NCBI GenBank assembly: GCA_018895015.1
Contig: JAHIOX010000003.1
Coordinates: 962 to 64,961, forward strand
Reading direction: 5' to 3'
Origin: Patescibacteria group bacterium
GTDB taxonomy: Bacteria > Patescibacteriota > Minisyncoccia > UBA9983
DNA length: 64,000 nt
Position 1 is the first letter of the stretch. Every line of letters begins with the position of its first letter. Below the pieces are notes generated by a model. The model saw only the letters and a list, made by a program, of their open reading frames with translations, was not told the origin of the DNA and searched no databases. Of the stretch, positions 9,974 through 19,475 are shown piece by piece. The position numbers were made by a program, and so were the translations under genes.

Positions 9974-12280
9974 TTACAAATTTTCCAAGTCTTCCGCGGT
10001 GAATTCAATTTTCGCGCCGGGCTTGAATTCGCCGGATATCATTCCTTTCGCAATTTTTTCTTCAATTTTTTCCTGGATTGCCCTTTTCATCGGCCTTGCG
10101 CCAAAAACCGGGTCGTAGCCAATTTTTGCCACTTTTTCAATCAGCGCGCCGTTGATAACCAACTCCAAGTTTTTTTCCGCGAGGCGCGAGTTTAATTTTT
10201 CAAGCATTATTTTCGCGATTTGCTTAAGCGCTTCTTGTTTTAACGGGCTAAAAATAATAATGGCGTCAAAGCGGTTTAAAAGTTCCGCCCTGAAAATTCC
10301 CTGCCCCTGTATGAAATCAATAATTTTGTTTTTTTCTGAAGCCGGATTGGCGCCTTGCTGGACTATTTCCCAAATTAATTTTGATGCCGCGTTTGATGTC
10401 GCGATGATTACGCTGTTGCGCGTGAATACTTTTTTCCCGGAAGCGTCGGAAAAAAATCCTTCATCCAGAATTTGGAGAAACAAATCTTCAACATCGCGGT
10501 GAGATTTTTCAAATTCATCCAACAGGATAATATTGTAAGGTTTTTCACGGACGGCGCTTGCTAAAATGCCCGGCTCGCCGGTGTCAAACGCTCCTATTAA
10601 TTTTTTCAGGCCGCCTTCTTCTTGATATTCCGTCATATCAAGCCGTATCATGGCGTTTTCGCTTCCAAAATAAACTTGCGCCAGCGCTTTCGCTGTTTCG
10701 GTTTTCCCGACCCCGGTCGGCCCGAGAAAAAGAAAAGAGGCAATCGGTTTTTTTGTGTCATGAATTTCCATTCTCGCTCTCCTGACCGCTCCGCTTATCG
10801 CCGAGATTGCTTCGTCTTGGTCTATAATTCTTTGGCGAAGTATTTGCTCAAGATTGGAAAGTTTTTCTTTTTCTCCCGATTCCAATTCGCCGATAGGCAT
10901 TTTGATTTTTTCTTTTACAAAATTCAGCACATCTTCAGCGCCGGCAAAATCCGCGGCTTTTGTCGCGGCAACTCTTGCAGAAACGTTTTCTAAAACATCA
11001 ATGCCTCGCTCAGGAAGAAACCCTTCTGTTAAATATCTGGTGGAAACTCTGGCTATCTCTTTTATAGCCGGATAAGTAACAATAATCCCGTGTTTTTTTT
11101 CCGCTACATCAGCTACGTCCTCAAGGATTTGAACAAGCTCGCCTTCGCCCGGCTCTTTAATCCGAACGGTTTCAAAATATTGCATTAGCGAGGAGTCGGG
11201 TTCAATAACGCGCTTAAAATCATCAGAATCCTCCATAGCGATAAATTGAAGCGCGGAGCTGGCAAAATAAGGGCTTAATACTTGGCTAACGGAAACATTA
11301 AGTCCGGCAACGGATTTCACGAATTTGCCGAAATTATCAATAATTAGAATAATGTTGCCGGCGGCAACGGCATCGTCAAAAATTTTTAGCAAAAGCTCTT
11401 CCATCTCTCCTTTTGTTTTGGCTGAAGCGGCTAAAACATTGGCGTCCAATTCAACGGCCCTTTTGTGTTCAAGCGCCGGATGAATTTTGCCTCGCTCTAG
11501 CAAATCAATAAAGGCGCGGACTATTTTTCTTTTTACTGTTCCCGCTTCACCGACAAGCAATACGTTCGCTTGGCTTGTTTTTAAAAGCGCGGATTCAATG
11601 GCTAAAACTTGCTGTTGATGTTCGGCGGAATATAAGCTGAAAGAAGCTTGCGTGAATAAAAACTCATGCGAGAATTGGTCCAAAGTATAAGTGGCGCCAA
11701 AACACCAATCCTTGGCGATTCCCGGAATGCGGGCTAAATTTTCTTTCAGCCACCACTGTTTTTTTCCCATTCTTTCTTTGTATTTTCGCTCTCCCCATTT
11801 TGATACTGCCAATAAATCCTCTTCTTTCCCAGAGGCGCCAAGGCGCAAAAAGCAAAAATCGGCGATTGCCGCATCCATCCGCTTTTTCTGATTTTCCTCT
11901 TTGCCAAAAAAATAAAAAAGCGGAATCAGCGCGAATAAAGGCGCGATTAAAAACGGCGACAGAAGCCAAATAATCAACGTGACTGCGGCTGTTACGGTTT
12001 CGGCTATAAGAGACGCAAACCCCATAAATATTACGGCCATGCGCATTACAAAGCCTACAAGGCGCGTTATCGCGTTAACTGCGAGAGTTTCAAAAAAACG
12101 CCCGATATCAAATCCTTGCCCGCGGTATTCGCGCATTCTTTTCCATGGCTGGAATAATGTTTTTAGCAGAAGAGAAAGGGAGAAAAAGTGCGTTAGAAAC
12201 CAAAATATATTTTTCCAAATAATAAAACCTTGCCGTATCGCCCTGCCGTAATGCCAGACAAAATATTCTAAAATAATCAT
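9974..12280 (-). CDS. Membrane-anchored ClpA/B-like AAA+ ATPase
   Basis: D2 GPTGVGKT, LLDEFEK, ELLNRFD, GARP; degenerate D1; hydrophobic N-terminus. Confidence 0.85.
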   Translation of the reverse strand: MIILEYFVWHYGRAIRQGFIIWKNIFWFLTHFFSLSLLLKTLFQPWKRMREYRGQGFDIGRFFETLAVNAITRLVGFVMRMAVIFMGFASLIAETVTAAVTLIIWLLSPFLIAPLFALIPLFYFFGKEENQKKRMDAAIADFCFLRLGASGKEEDLLAVSKWGERKYKERMGKKQWWLKENLARIPGIAKDWCFGATYTLDQFSHEFLFTQASFSLYSAEHQQQVLAIESALLKTSQANVLLVGEAGTVKRKIVRAFIDLLERGKIHPALEHKRAVELDANVLAASAKTKGEMEELLLKIFDDAVAAGNIILIIDNFGKFVKSVAGLNVSVSQVLSPYFASSALQFIAMEDSDDFKRVIEPDSSLMQYFETVRIKEPGEGELVQILEDVADVAEKKHGIIVTYPAIKEIARVSTRYLTEGFLPERGIDVLENVSARVAATKAADFAGAEDVLNFVKEKIKMPIGELESGEKEKLSNLEQILRQRIIDQDEAISAISGAVRRARMEIHDTKKPIASFLFLGPTGVGKTETAKALAQVYFGSENAMIRLDMTEYQEEGGLKKLIGAFDTGEPGILASAVREKPYNIILLDEFEKSHRDVEDLFLQILDEGFFSDASGKKVFTRNSVIIATSNAASKLIWEIVQQGANPASEKNKIIDFIQGQGIFRAELLNRFDAIIIFSPLKQEALKQIAKIMLEKLNSRLAEKNLELVINGALIEKVAKIGYDPVFGARPMKRAIQEKIEEKIAKGMISGEFKPGAKIEFTAEDLENL

Positions 12281-13680
12281 GGCTTTTTTTTGCCCTTCTT
12301 AATTTCAATACCCAGTTCATCCAGCTGTTCTTTTGCAATTTCGCTTGGAGCGTTCATCATCAGGTCTCTGCCGTCTCCTGTTTTTGGAAACGCGATAACC
12401 TCGCGAATGTTTGGTTCGCCTTGCAGAATTGCGACTAATCTGTCAATTCCGAGCGCGATTCCGCCGTGCGGAGGAGCGCCGTATTCATACGCTTCAAGCA
12501 AGTGGCCGAATTTATCCAGCGTTTCTTGTTCGCTTATGCCAATTATTTCAAAAACTTTTTTTTGCAATTCAGGATCGTTGATTCTAATACTGCCAGAGCC
12601 AAGTTCATGCCCGTTACATACCATGTCATACAGTTTTCCTGTTATTTTCAAAGGATTTTTTCCAAGCAAGCCAATATCTTCGTCTTTTGGCGAAGTAAAC
12701 ATGTGGTGCATTGGAGCTATTCTTTTCTCTTTTTCGTCGTATTCAAAAAGCGGGAAATCTATCACCCAGCCAAAAGCTAACTCGTCAATGTTTTTTTTAT
12801 CATTTCTTAAGTCCGGCTTGTCGTTTTTGTATTTTTCCATCGCTTCTTTATAAGTAAGCCGCGGCCATGGAAGCCGCGTGATTTTTTTTCGCGGAAATAA
12901 AGTTTTTACAAGGGAGGTTATTAAATCCTCAATTAAATTTATTATTGTTTCTTGGTCCGCGAAACTCATTTCCAAATCAAGTTGGGTATGTTCCGGCTGG
13001 CGGTCTCCGCGCGTGTCTTCGTCGCGGATTGCTTTAGCCACTTGAAAATATTTTTCAACGCCGGCAATCATTAAAAGCTGTTTATACTGTTGAGGAGATT
13101 GCGGAAGAGCGTAAAATTTTCCTTGATGCAAACGCGACGGCACCACAAAGTCCCGCGCTCCTTCAGGCGTAGATTTTGTTAGAAGCGGAGTTTCAATTTC
13201 TATAAAATCGCGCTCTGATAAATAATCGCGAAAGTATTTTACGATATTATGCCTCACCATTAAATTTTTTTGCATGCGTTCTCTGCGCAAATCCAAATAC
13301 CTGTATTTTAGGCGGATTTCTTCATTTATTTCATATCCGTTGGTCCCAATTTCAAAAACCGGCGTTTTTGATTTATTTAAAACACTAATTTTATTCGCGG
13401 AAATTTCAATGCCCCCGAGCGGCAATTCGGGATTAATCATATTTTCAGGCCTTTTTTTAACCTCTCCTTCCATCTCTATAACCCATTCTGGACGCAAACC
13501 GTTGGCTATTTCATGAGTTTCTTTATTGCCCGGAGTTATTACTGTTTGGACTTTGCCGGTAGAATCTCTTAAATCAATAAAAATAAGCTTGCCGTGGTCG
13601 CGCCGAACATCAACCCAGCCCGCCAGCTTTACGCTTTCCCCAATCTTATTCGCAATATCTTTAATTAAAATTCGTTTCAT
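12277..13680 (-). CDS. aspS: Aspartate-tRNA ligase (short form, apparently lacking the GAD domain)
   Basis: RRDHGKLIFIDLRD, LPQSPQ, GSGSIR, PPHGGIALGIDR. Confidence 0.96.
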   Translation of the reverse strand: MKRILIKDIANKIGESVKLAGWVDVRRDHGKLIFIDLRDSTGKVQTVITPGNKETHEIANGLRPEWVIEMEGEVKKRPENMINPELPLGGIEISANKISVLNKSKTPVFEIGTNGYEINEEIRLKYRYLDLRRERMQKNLMVRHNIVKYFRDYLSERDFIEIETPLLTKSTPEGARDFVVPSRLHQGKFYALPQSPQQYKQLLMIAGVEKYFQVAKAIRDEDTRGDRQPEHTQLDLEMSFADQETIINLIEDLITSLVKTLFPRKKITRLPWPRLTYKEAMEKYKNDKPDLRNDKKNIDELAFGWVIDFPLFEYDEKEKRIAPMHHMFTSPKDEDIGLLGKNPLKITGKLYDMVCNGHELGSGSIRINDPELQKKVFEIIGISEQETLDKFGHLLEAYEYGAPPHGGIALGIDRLVAILQGEPNIREVIAFPKTGDGRDLMMNAPSEIAKEQLDELGIEIKKGKKKP

Positions 13681-13684
13681 GTTT

Positions 13685-14353
13685 TTACTTATGTTTTGGG
13701 ATTAAAAGCAAAATTGAAATGGATAAAAGCCCGATATACTTAGCGCAAAAAGCCGCGAGAGTCAAAAAATAATTATTGTGAAAATACATAAGCGAAGTAA
13801 CGCCAAACATAAAAGAGGTTATAATTATGAGTACATTTTTTATTTTTTCAGTTTTGCCAAGATGTTTTAAAAATTTTTTTGAAAAAACATATACCCAAGT
13901 CATTCCTACTAAAAACCCCGCCAGGCGAGTAATCCACGCGGTTATAGGATTCGCGTTCCAAAAAATCAAGCCGGATGAATGTATGACAGGCAGGCGAAAA
14001 TCGTAAATTTGAATCACAACCACAGTTAAGCCAACGGCTAATAATATGCCCGGGAACAGCCGTATTTTTTTTGTATTAATCCCGGAAAGAGAAAGAGGGA
14101 TTCTCCACGCGTATGCAAGCATTATGAAAAATAAAAAAATGGCTATGTTATATGACCAAGCCGCTATCCTTAAATTGTCCGTAAAGAGCATCGCGGACAA
14201 GAAAAGTTGGTAAAGAGCGAAAATGAAAAAAACTATAGCAAATTCTTTAATTTCTTTATCTTTAAAATCGCCCTTAATATAAGACTTATACAAGCCAAAT
14301 CCAATAAGCGCCAGAATGAAAATTTGTATAAAATGCAAAAATGTGGATACCAT
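13685..14353 (-). CDS. Polytopic membrane protein (7TM-sensor-like)
   Basis: About 7 hydrophobic segments; directly downstream of the kinase. Confidence 0.7.
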   Translation of the reverse strand: MVSTFLHFIQIFILALIGFGLYKSYIKGDFKDKEIKEFAIVFFIFALYQLFLSAMLFTDNLRIAAWSYNIAIFLFFIMLAYAWRIPLSLSGINTKKIRLFPGILLAVGLTVVVIQIYDFRLPVIHSSGLIFWNANPITAWITRLAGFLVGMTWVYVFSKKFLKHLGKTEKIKNVLIIITSFMFGVTSLMYFHNNYFLTLAAFCAKYIGLLSISILLLIPKHK

Positions 14354-14379
14354 ATAAAATAAGTATAACTATCGTTATT

Positions 14380-16074
14380 TTATATCTTTTTTATAAATTC
14401 CTCAAGCCGTTTGTCGTGTTTTTGATAATCCTGTTCTGGCGATGTATTTGGCGGTTTAATATCGCCACGCGGCAATTCTACGGAAAAAGTTGATCCTTTG
14501 CCCGGGCCATCGCTTTTGGCGTAAATTTTCCCGTTATGCGCTTTGATTATTTCTTTTGAAACATAAAGCCCTAACCCAAGGCCTTCGGTATGAACTTGAA
14601 AAATGTCTTCTCCTGCGCGCGTAAATTTTTGAAAAATCCGCGCCTCTGTTTCTTCGCCCATACCAATACCTGAATCCAGTACTTCAAAAAAAATCCGCCC
14701 GTTTTCATTGTCCGCATAAAGATTGATTTTAACAAACCCTTTTTCTGTATATTTTATAGCGTTGTCAATTAAATTATTAAAAACTTGCTGAATCTTGTTT
14801 GAGTCAACCATCGCAATAAAATTTTCCGTTTCAGCAATTTTTAAACTCATTTCTATGTCTTTTTTTTCTTTGACGGCTATTGTTTTAAACTCGTCAACAA
14901 TTCCACTGATCATTTCTTTTAAATCGGTTTTTTCAAAATTGTATTGCATCTTTCCTCTTTCTATTTGGCTTAGATTGAGAAAATCGTCAATTAAAAACAT
15001 CAGCCGGTTCGTTGATTGCAAAACTCTTTTAAGCATTTTTTTCGCCCTGACTGGAACGCGCCCGAAAGACCCCTCAAGCATCATTGAAGAATACCCTTTA
15101 ATGGCCGTTATCGGTGAACGCAATTGATGCGACGCGATTGTGATAAATTCCGATTTTGCCTCATCCAGTTTTTTTAATCTTACATTTGCCTCCTCCAATT
15201 CTTTAGCCAATTCCTCCATCTCCTCGCGCGTTTTCACTTCTTTTAGTACGCTTTTGATTAGTAAATAGCTAAAACCAAGAAACGCAGCCATTATTACGCT
15301 ATTTAAAATAAATTGGTCCAATGATTCTGACAACAAAAATTTGATGAAAAGAATAACAATTAAAATTGCGCTAAATAACTCTGTGGCGATAACTTTAATA
15401 TTAAAAAGGTTGTATTTCAAAATAGCATAAGTAAAAATAATAGGATGTAAAATAATTAAAAACATTCCATAAGGAGACATAAATGGGATACCATACATTA
15501 AAGGGAAATTCGTAGCGCCACCAATAACTCCTATAAATAAACCTCCAAATAAATATTGAATCTGTTTTTGTTTCACTGCGTCATTAGAGCTTTTTTTATA
15601 AACTTTAATCATTTGGTAAAATGCATAGCTAAAAAAACCAATATAACATACGAATATATAAATCGTGTATAAAAATCCTGCCTGTGGCCAGTAAGGGAAA
15701 ATAAATATTGGTTGTATATTTTTTATGAAATAAGGACTAAAACTAAAAGGAACAAAGATAAACGTTATTAAATATCCAATAATCAATAATTTTCTTTTCT
15801 TTTGATGTAATTCTAATATGGAAAGTATCCAATGAAGAATTAGAATTGGAATAAAAATGGCTCCTAAGTTAAGCATACGGGACCAAAAAAGTGCTTGTTC
15901 AAAATTATTTTGTAATAACCAAATTCCATAAGAAAAAGTCCAAAGAGCAAAAGATAAACTAAATAAACCAAATAATCTATTTGATAAACTTTTTTTATCT
16001 TTAAGCAAAACAAGAACTGCAAAAAATGTGTTAGAAATAGCTGCTATAAAAGCAATAATTATAAAAAATTTCAT
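14380..16074 (-). CDS. Sensor histidine kinase with N-terminal 7TM domain
   Basis: ASHQLRSP H-box, NLIDNAIKYT, DSGIG, GLGLGL. Confidence 0.92.
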   Translation of the reverse strand: MKFFIIIAFIAAISNTFFAVLVLLKDKKSLSNRLFGLFSLSFALWTFSYGIWLLQNNFEQALFWSRMLNLGAIFIPILILHWILSILELHQKKRKLLIIGYLITFIFVPFSFSPYFIKNIQPIFIFPYWPQAGFLYTIYIFVCYIGFFSYAFYQMIKVYKKSSNDAVKQKQIQYLFGGLFIGVIGGATNFPLMYGIPFMSPYGMFLIILHPIIFTYAILKYNLFNIKVIATELFSAILIVILFIKFLLSESLDQFILNSVIMAAFLGFSYLLIKSVLKEVKTREEMEELAKELEEANVRLKKLDEAKSEFITIASHQLRSPITAIKGYSSMMLEGSFGRVPVRAKKMLKRVLQSTNRLMFLIDDFLNLSQIERGKMQYNFEKTDLKEMISGIVDEFKTIAVKEKKDIEMSLKIAETENFIAMVDSNKIQQVFNNLIDNAIKYTEKGFVKINLYADNENGRIFFEVLDSGIGMGEETEARIFQKFTRAGEDIFQVHTEGLGLGLYVSKEIIKAHNGKIYAKSDGPGKGSTFSVELPRGDIKPPNTSPEQDYQKHDKRLEEFIKKI

Positions 16075-16076
16075 GA

Positions 16077-17159
16077 TTATTTATATTGAACTAATTTGAA
16101 ATTATTTTTTTTAAATAAATAAAAAATATCTTTGGTTTGTTCAATGTTGATTTCTCCTATACCAAAATTTTCCCATTTATTTTCCATTACTAAAAGAATT
16201 AATTCTGCCAAACAGGCATATGCTTGTTCTTTAGAAAGCCCGAAATTAAAATGATAATTTATTCCTGGGGTTTGTACTGCTATTTGATCAAATAGCAGAA
16301 TATCTCCTCGCGCCCTCAATGTTTTAGTAGATGGATTCGGCGGCTGAGTGATATCAAGTACTATAGCTTCCCTTTTCAAATAATCTGGTTTTATTATAGC
16401 AGACGAGGCATTAGTAGCGATAATAACAAAATCATAATTTTTTATTTCTGAAATATTTATCGTTGTATCAATTTTTAAATTTGGATTAATTTTTGTTGAC
16501 AAACAATCTTCTTTTAATGTTTTTAAATTTTGTGAGGTTTTACCAACGAGTAGCAATTTATTAATATTTTCTCTGATAAGTAATTTACTAAAAATTTTAC
16601 CAAGCATGGTGGTAGCACCAATAATAGCAAATGAAATTCTGGAATCTTTATTTTGATGCTTTAAAATTTCTTTAATATTTTCAATGCCAAGAATAGAAAG
16701 TAGCGCATAACTATTTGTTAAATAGACGCGACTCTTGCCTTTTATTGTTAATCCGCCTTTGGTAATTACGGAATTATAAGCTGCTAACGCAGATATTTTT
16801 ACACCAAGCCGTTCTGCTAATTTTAATGCCTGAAGAATTTTCTTTTCAGCTAATTCATTATCAGCGACAATTTGTTCTGGCAACAAAGAATGGCTTATAA
16901 TACATCCTTTTATTTCTTTTCCATTTTTATCAATTACTCCTGTAATTTCAGAAACAACAATCGGCCAGAGTGTTTTGCAAATAAATTTTATAATATTTTT
17001 AGGTAAAAATTTACCAAGAGGAAATTTTCTATAAAAATCATCGATTGAACGAGGATGTACTAGCCAAGCAAATTCGTATTTTCCCATTAGATACTTACTA
17101 ATTCTTCTTGGGAAAAAAGCGATAATTAAACCATCTCTTATAACTTTTAAGATTTGCAT
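16077..17159 (-). CDS. NAD(P)-binding dehydrogenase, acyl-ACP reductase/COG5322-like
   Basis: FAWLVHP N-terminus, AIIGATT, LDITQP, AYACLAE (putative catalytic Cys). Confidence 0.7.
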   Translation of the reverse strand: MQILKVIRDGLIIAFFPRRISKYLMGKYEFAWLVHPRSIDDFYRKFPLGKFLPKNIIKFICKTLWPIVVSEITGVIDKNGKEIKGCIISHSLLPEQIVADNELAEKKILQALKLAERLGVKISALAAYNSVITKGGLTIKGKSRVYLTNSYALLSILGIENIKEILKHQNKDSRISFAIIGATTMLGKIFSKLLIRENINKLLLVGKTSQNLKTLKEDCLSTKINPNLKIDTTINISEIKNYDFVIIATNASSAIIKPDYLKREAIVLDITQPPNPSTKTLRARGDILLFDQIAVQTPGINYHFNFGLSKEQAYACLAELILLVMENKWENFGIGEINIEQTKDIFYLFKKNNFKLVQYK

Positions 17160-17164
17160 TTATT

Positions 17165-17866
17165 TTATTTCAATGCTGAATTTAAAATCGCCTGATTGGC
17201 ATAGACCTTTTTATTTTCAGATATGTTTCTAAACCCTGTTTTTTTTAATAATTCTTTTTGTTCGTCATAATTGAATAAAATTTGTTTTTGTTGGCCAGTT
17301 TTCTTAAGTTTATTAGCATAATAAAGAATTTTTAAGGATGCGGGAATGAATTTAAATATTTGTATTACAGTAGCAATTATTCCTTTTTGCTTTCCAATTT
17401 TTTTAAAATGTTCTAAATAAATTCTAGATGGCCTAAATTCTTCTATCAAATTTACTAGGACTATTTTCCCATTTGGTTTAATGATTCTATAAAACTCTTT
17501 TGCTACTTTTTTTCTTGTTTCGCGATCAATAAGAAACAAAACATTTATTGAAACAATTTTATCAAAATAGCTATCAGCAAATGGTAATTTTTTTGTAAGA
17601 TCGGCTAATAATACTTCCGCTTTTGAATTTTTACTCTCATAGATATTTAATGCCTCTTGAGAAAAATCCAAACCAATAATCCTTGCTCCTTTTTTTTCTA
17701 ATAATATAGCTAGATTTCCAGTTCCCGCTCCAGCATCTAAAATTTTTTCTCCTCGTCTGATGTTTAATTTTTCACAAACCGTAATTAGTAGTTCTTGGTA
17801 TGGAATCACTAAATTCAAAATATCATAAACCTTAAAATATCTATTCCAAAATTTTGGACTAAGCAT
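17165..17866 (-). CDS. Class I SAM-dependent methyltransferase
   Basis: ILDAGAGTG, GLDFS, LPFADSYFD. Confidence 0.92.
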   Translation of the reverse strand: MLSPKFWNRYFKVYDILNLVIPYQELLITVCEKLNIRRGEKILDAGAGTGNLAILLEKKGARIIGLDFSQEALNIYESKNSKAEVLLADLTKKLPFADSYFDKIVSINVLFLIDRETRKKVAKEFYRIIKPNGKIVLVNLIEEFRPSRIYLEHFKKIGKQKGIIATVIQIFKFIPASLKILYYANKLKKTGQQKQILFNYDEQKELLKKTGFRNISENKKVYANQAILNSALK

Positions 17867-17897
17867 TAAAATTATTATACCATAACCCGTCTTCTAT

Positions 17898-17950
17898 CTC
17901 AAAATAAAATCTTGCGACTCGCAAGCGATCGCTTGCCAACGGTAACATTT
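17898..17950 (+). repeat. GCGATCGC-core dyad site C
   Basis: 47/53 identical to site D; arms AAAATCTTGC/GTAACATTTT equidistant from the core. Confidence 0.85.
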
Positions 17951-18047
17951 TTATTTAGATGATTTTAGATGATTGCGAAAATCCGCAAGGTATGCTTATA
18001 TTAAATCAGATAAGTTAGTATATTTGCATAAAAGGAGGTGAGAGAAA

Positions 18048-18245
18048 ATGAGTAAATACTCCAAGGAAGACGCGGCTAGAGATACGGGTGTGTCCACAAA
18101 AGAAGTGAGTAAAACGTGGCACGAGGCTCGCAATGATGCTTCAAGAAATGGTTTTCTCAGCGAGCGCAACGCAAATAAAGTGCGCGATTCCGAATCAGGC
18201 TCTACTCTCTACAACATCTTTAAAAAAGTCGGCCTCGCGAAATGA
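18048..18245 (+). CDS. Hypothetical 65-aa protein
   Basis: AAAGGAGGTGA SD; downstream hairpin ATGGATG..CATCCAT. Confidence 0.75.
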   Translation: MSKYSKEDAARDTGVSTKEVSKTWHEARNDASRNGFLSERNANKVRDSESGSTLYNIFKKVGLAK

Positions 18246-18273
18246 GGAATCCGGCATGGATGCCCGCAAAATA

Positions 18274-18597
18274 TCACTCGCGGACATCCATTTTTCGTTT
18301 CAATCCTTTTACCGCATTTATATGTTGTGCAACATACCAAGCAAAATAAACAGAAAATTTATAAGAAGCATCTATGTTTTTTTTACTTGACAGATATCTT
18401 TCTGCCGCAATCGGCACATCACCTAAAATTTCTACATAAAGCTTACTGCGCTTTTCTTCAGACAAGATAAAATAGTCCAGTGCGTTGCTAATTAACGGGC
18501 TTATATATTTTTTAGTATTGGAAAAGATAGAATCATCTTTTATTAAAATTTCTATTTCTTCTTCTTTGCTTTTTGGTTGGAATTTTTTATTCTCCAT
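18274..18597 (-). CDS. Small protein resembling sigma-70 region 2
   Basis: YKFSVYFAWYVAQHI versus sigma70 YKFSTYATWWIRQAI; start chosen downstream of TGGTATAAT. Confidence 0.6.
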   Translation of the reverse strand: MENKKFQPKSKEEEIEILIKDDSIFSNTKKYISPLISNALDYFILSEEKRSKLYVEILGDVPIAAERYLSSKKNIDASYKFSVYFAWYVAQHINAVKGLKRKMDVRE

Positions 18598-18660
18598 TAT
18601 ATTAATTATACCACACTCATTGCAAAAATCCGCCAAAAGGAGGTGAAAGGCATGGATAAA

Positions 18661-19290
18661 TTACATTTTTTCGGTCCTGAAGACGATGGCACTGTTTTTG
18701 AACCCCTTTATCAAGTTTTTGTATCCTTCCTGTTCTACTATTTCCCAAGCTCGAGTGTACTCATTTGTGCCATGATTTTTTGACCTTAAAATATTTTTCT
18801 CCAGCCGTGAGTTGTCTTTTAATATGTCCAGATAAATATATTTGAGCAGGGCGTGGACAATGATATGGTTTTTAATAATTTCCGACTCGGTAAAATATTT
18901 ATTGTCTACAATTATCTCTTTTTTGATTTTATTTAAAACCAATAATCTATGAATAAGTTCGTGCGTCAATGTGTCAACAAATTCATCCGGAGAAAAACCG
19001 CTCTTAATAATTATTGGATTGCTAAATTGGCGAGGATTCACGCTCACAATATATACATCTATAACATCTCTGTTAAATTCTAAACCAGTAATATCACACA
19101 AACCTAACAATATTCTCTGTTCGTATTTCGTCCATTCTTTCTTGTAATTTTCCACTCGCTCCAGCACATTTTCTTTTTCAGGAATAGGATAATTTTCCCA
19201 TTCCGGATTGGATTTGACATAATTTATAAAAATAGGGTCAAGAAAACGATTGTATTCAATTATGATTTTTGGTATTTTTACAGCTTCCAT
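18661..19290 (-). CDS. HExxH-motif protein (putative Zn metallopeptidase)
   Basis: LTHELIH; extended -10 TGGTATAAT 7 nt upstream. Confidence 0.7.
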   Translation of the reverse strand: MEAVKIPKIIIEYNRFLDPIFINYVKSNPEWENYPIPEKENVLERVENYKKEWTKYEQRILLGLCDITGLEFNRDVIDVYIVSVNPRQFSNPIIIKSGFSPDEFVDTLTHELIHRLLVLNKIKKEIIVDNKYFTESEIIKNHIIVHALLKYIYLDILKDNSRLEKNILRSKNHGTNEYTRAWEIVEQEGYKNLIKGFKNSAIVFRTEKM

Positions 19291-19321
19291 TCTATTAATT
19301 ATACCACAGCCCGCTTGTTAC

Positions 19322-19374
19322 CTCAAAATAAAATGTCGCGACTCATGAGCGATCGCTTGCCAACAGTAACATTT
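19322..19374 (+). repeat. GCGATCGC-core dyad site D
   Basis: Direct repeat of site C. Confidence 0.85.
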
Positions 19375-19407
19375 CTATATGGTTTTAGCCGGCAAAATTA
19401 ATAATTT

Positions 19408-19451
19408 CAAAATGCAAGTTTACGCGCGATAGCAAACAAATTGGCATTTTG
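19408..19451 (+). repeat. GCGATAGC-core dyad site E
   Basis: CAAAATGCAAGTTTacgc-GCGATAGC-aaacAAATTGGCATTTTG, 18+8+18. Confidence 0.8.
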
Positions 19452-19475
19452 TTTTTTGGATTCGATTTTTTTGGC

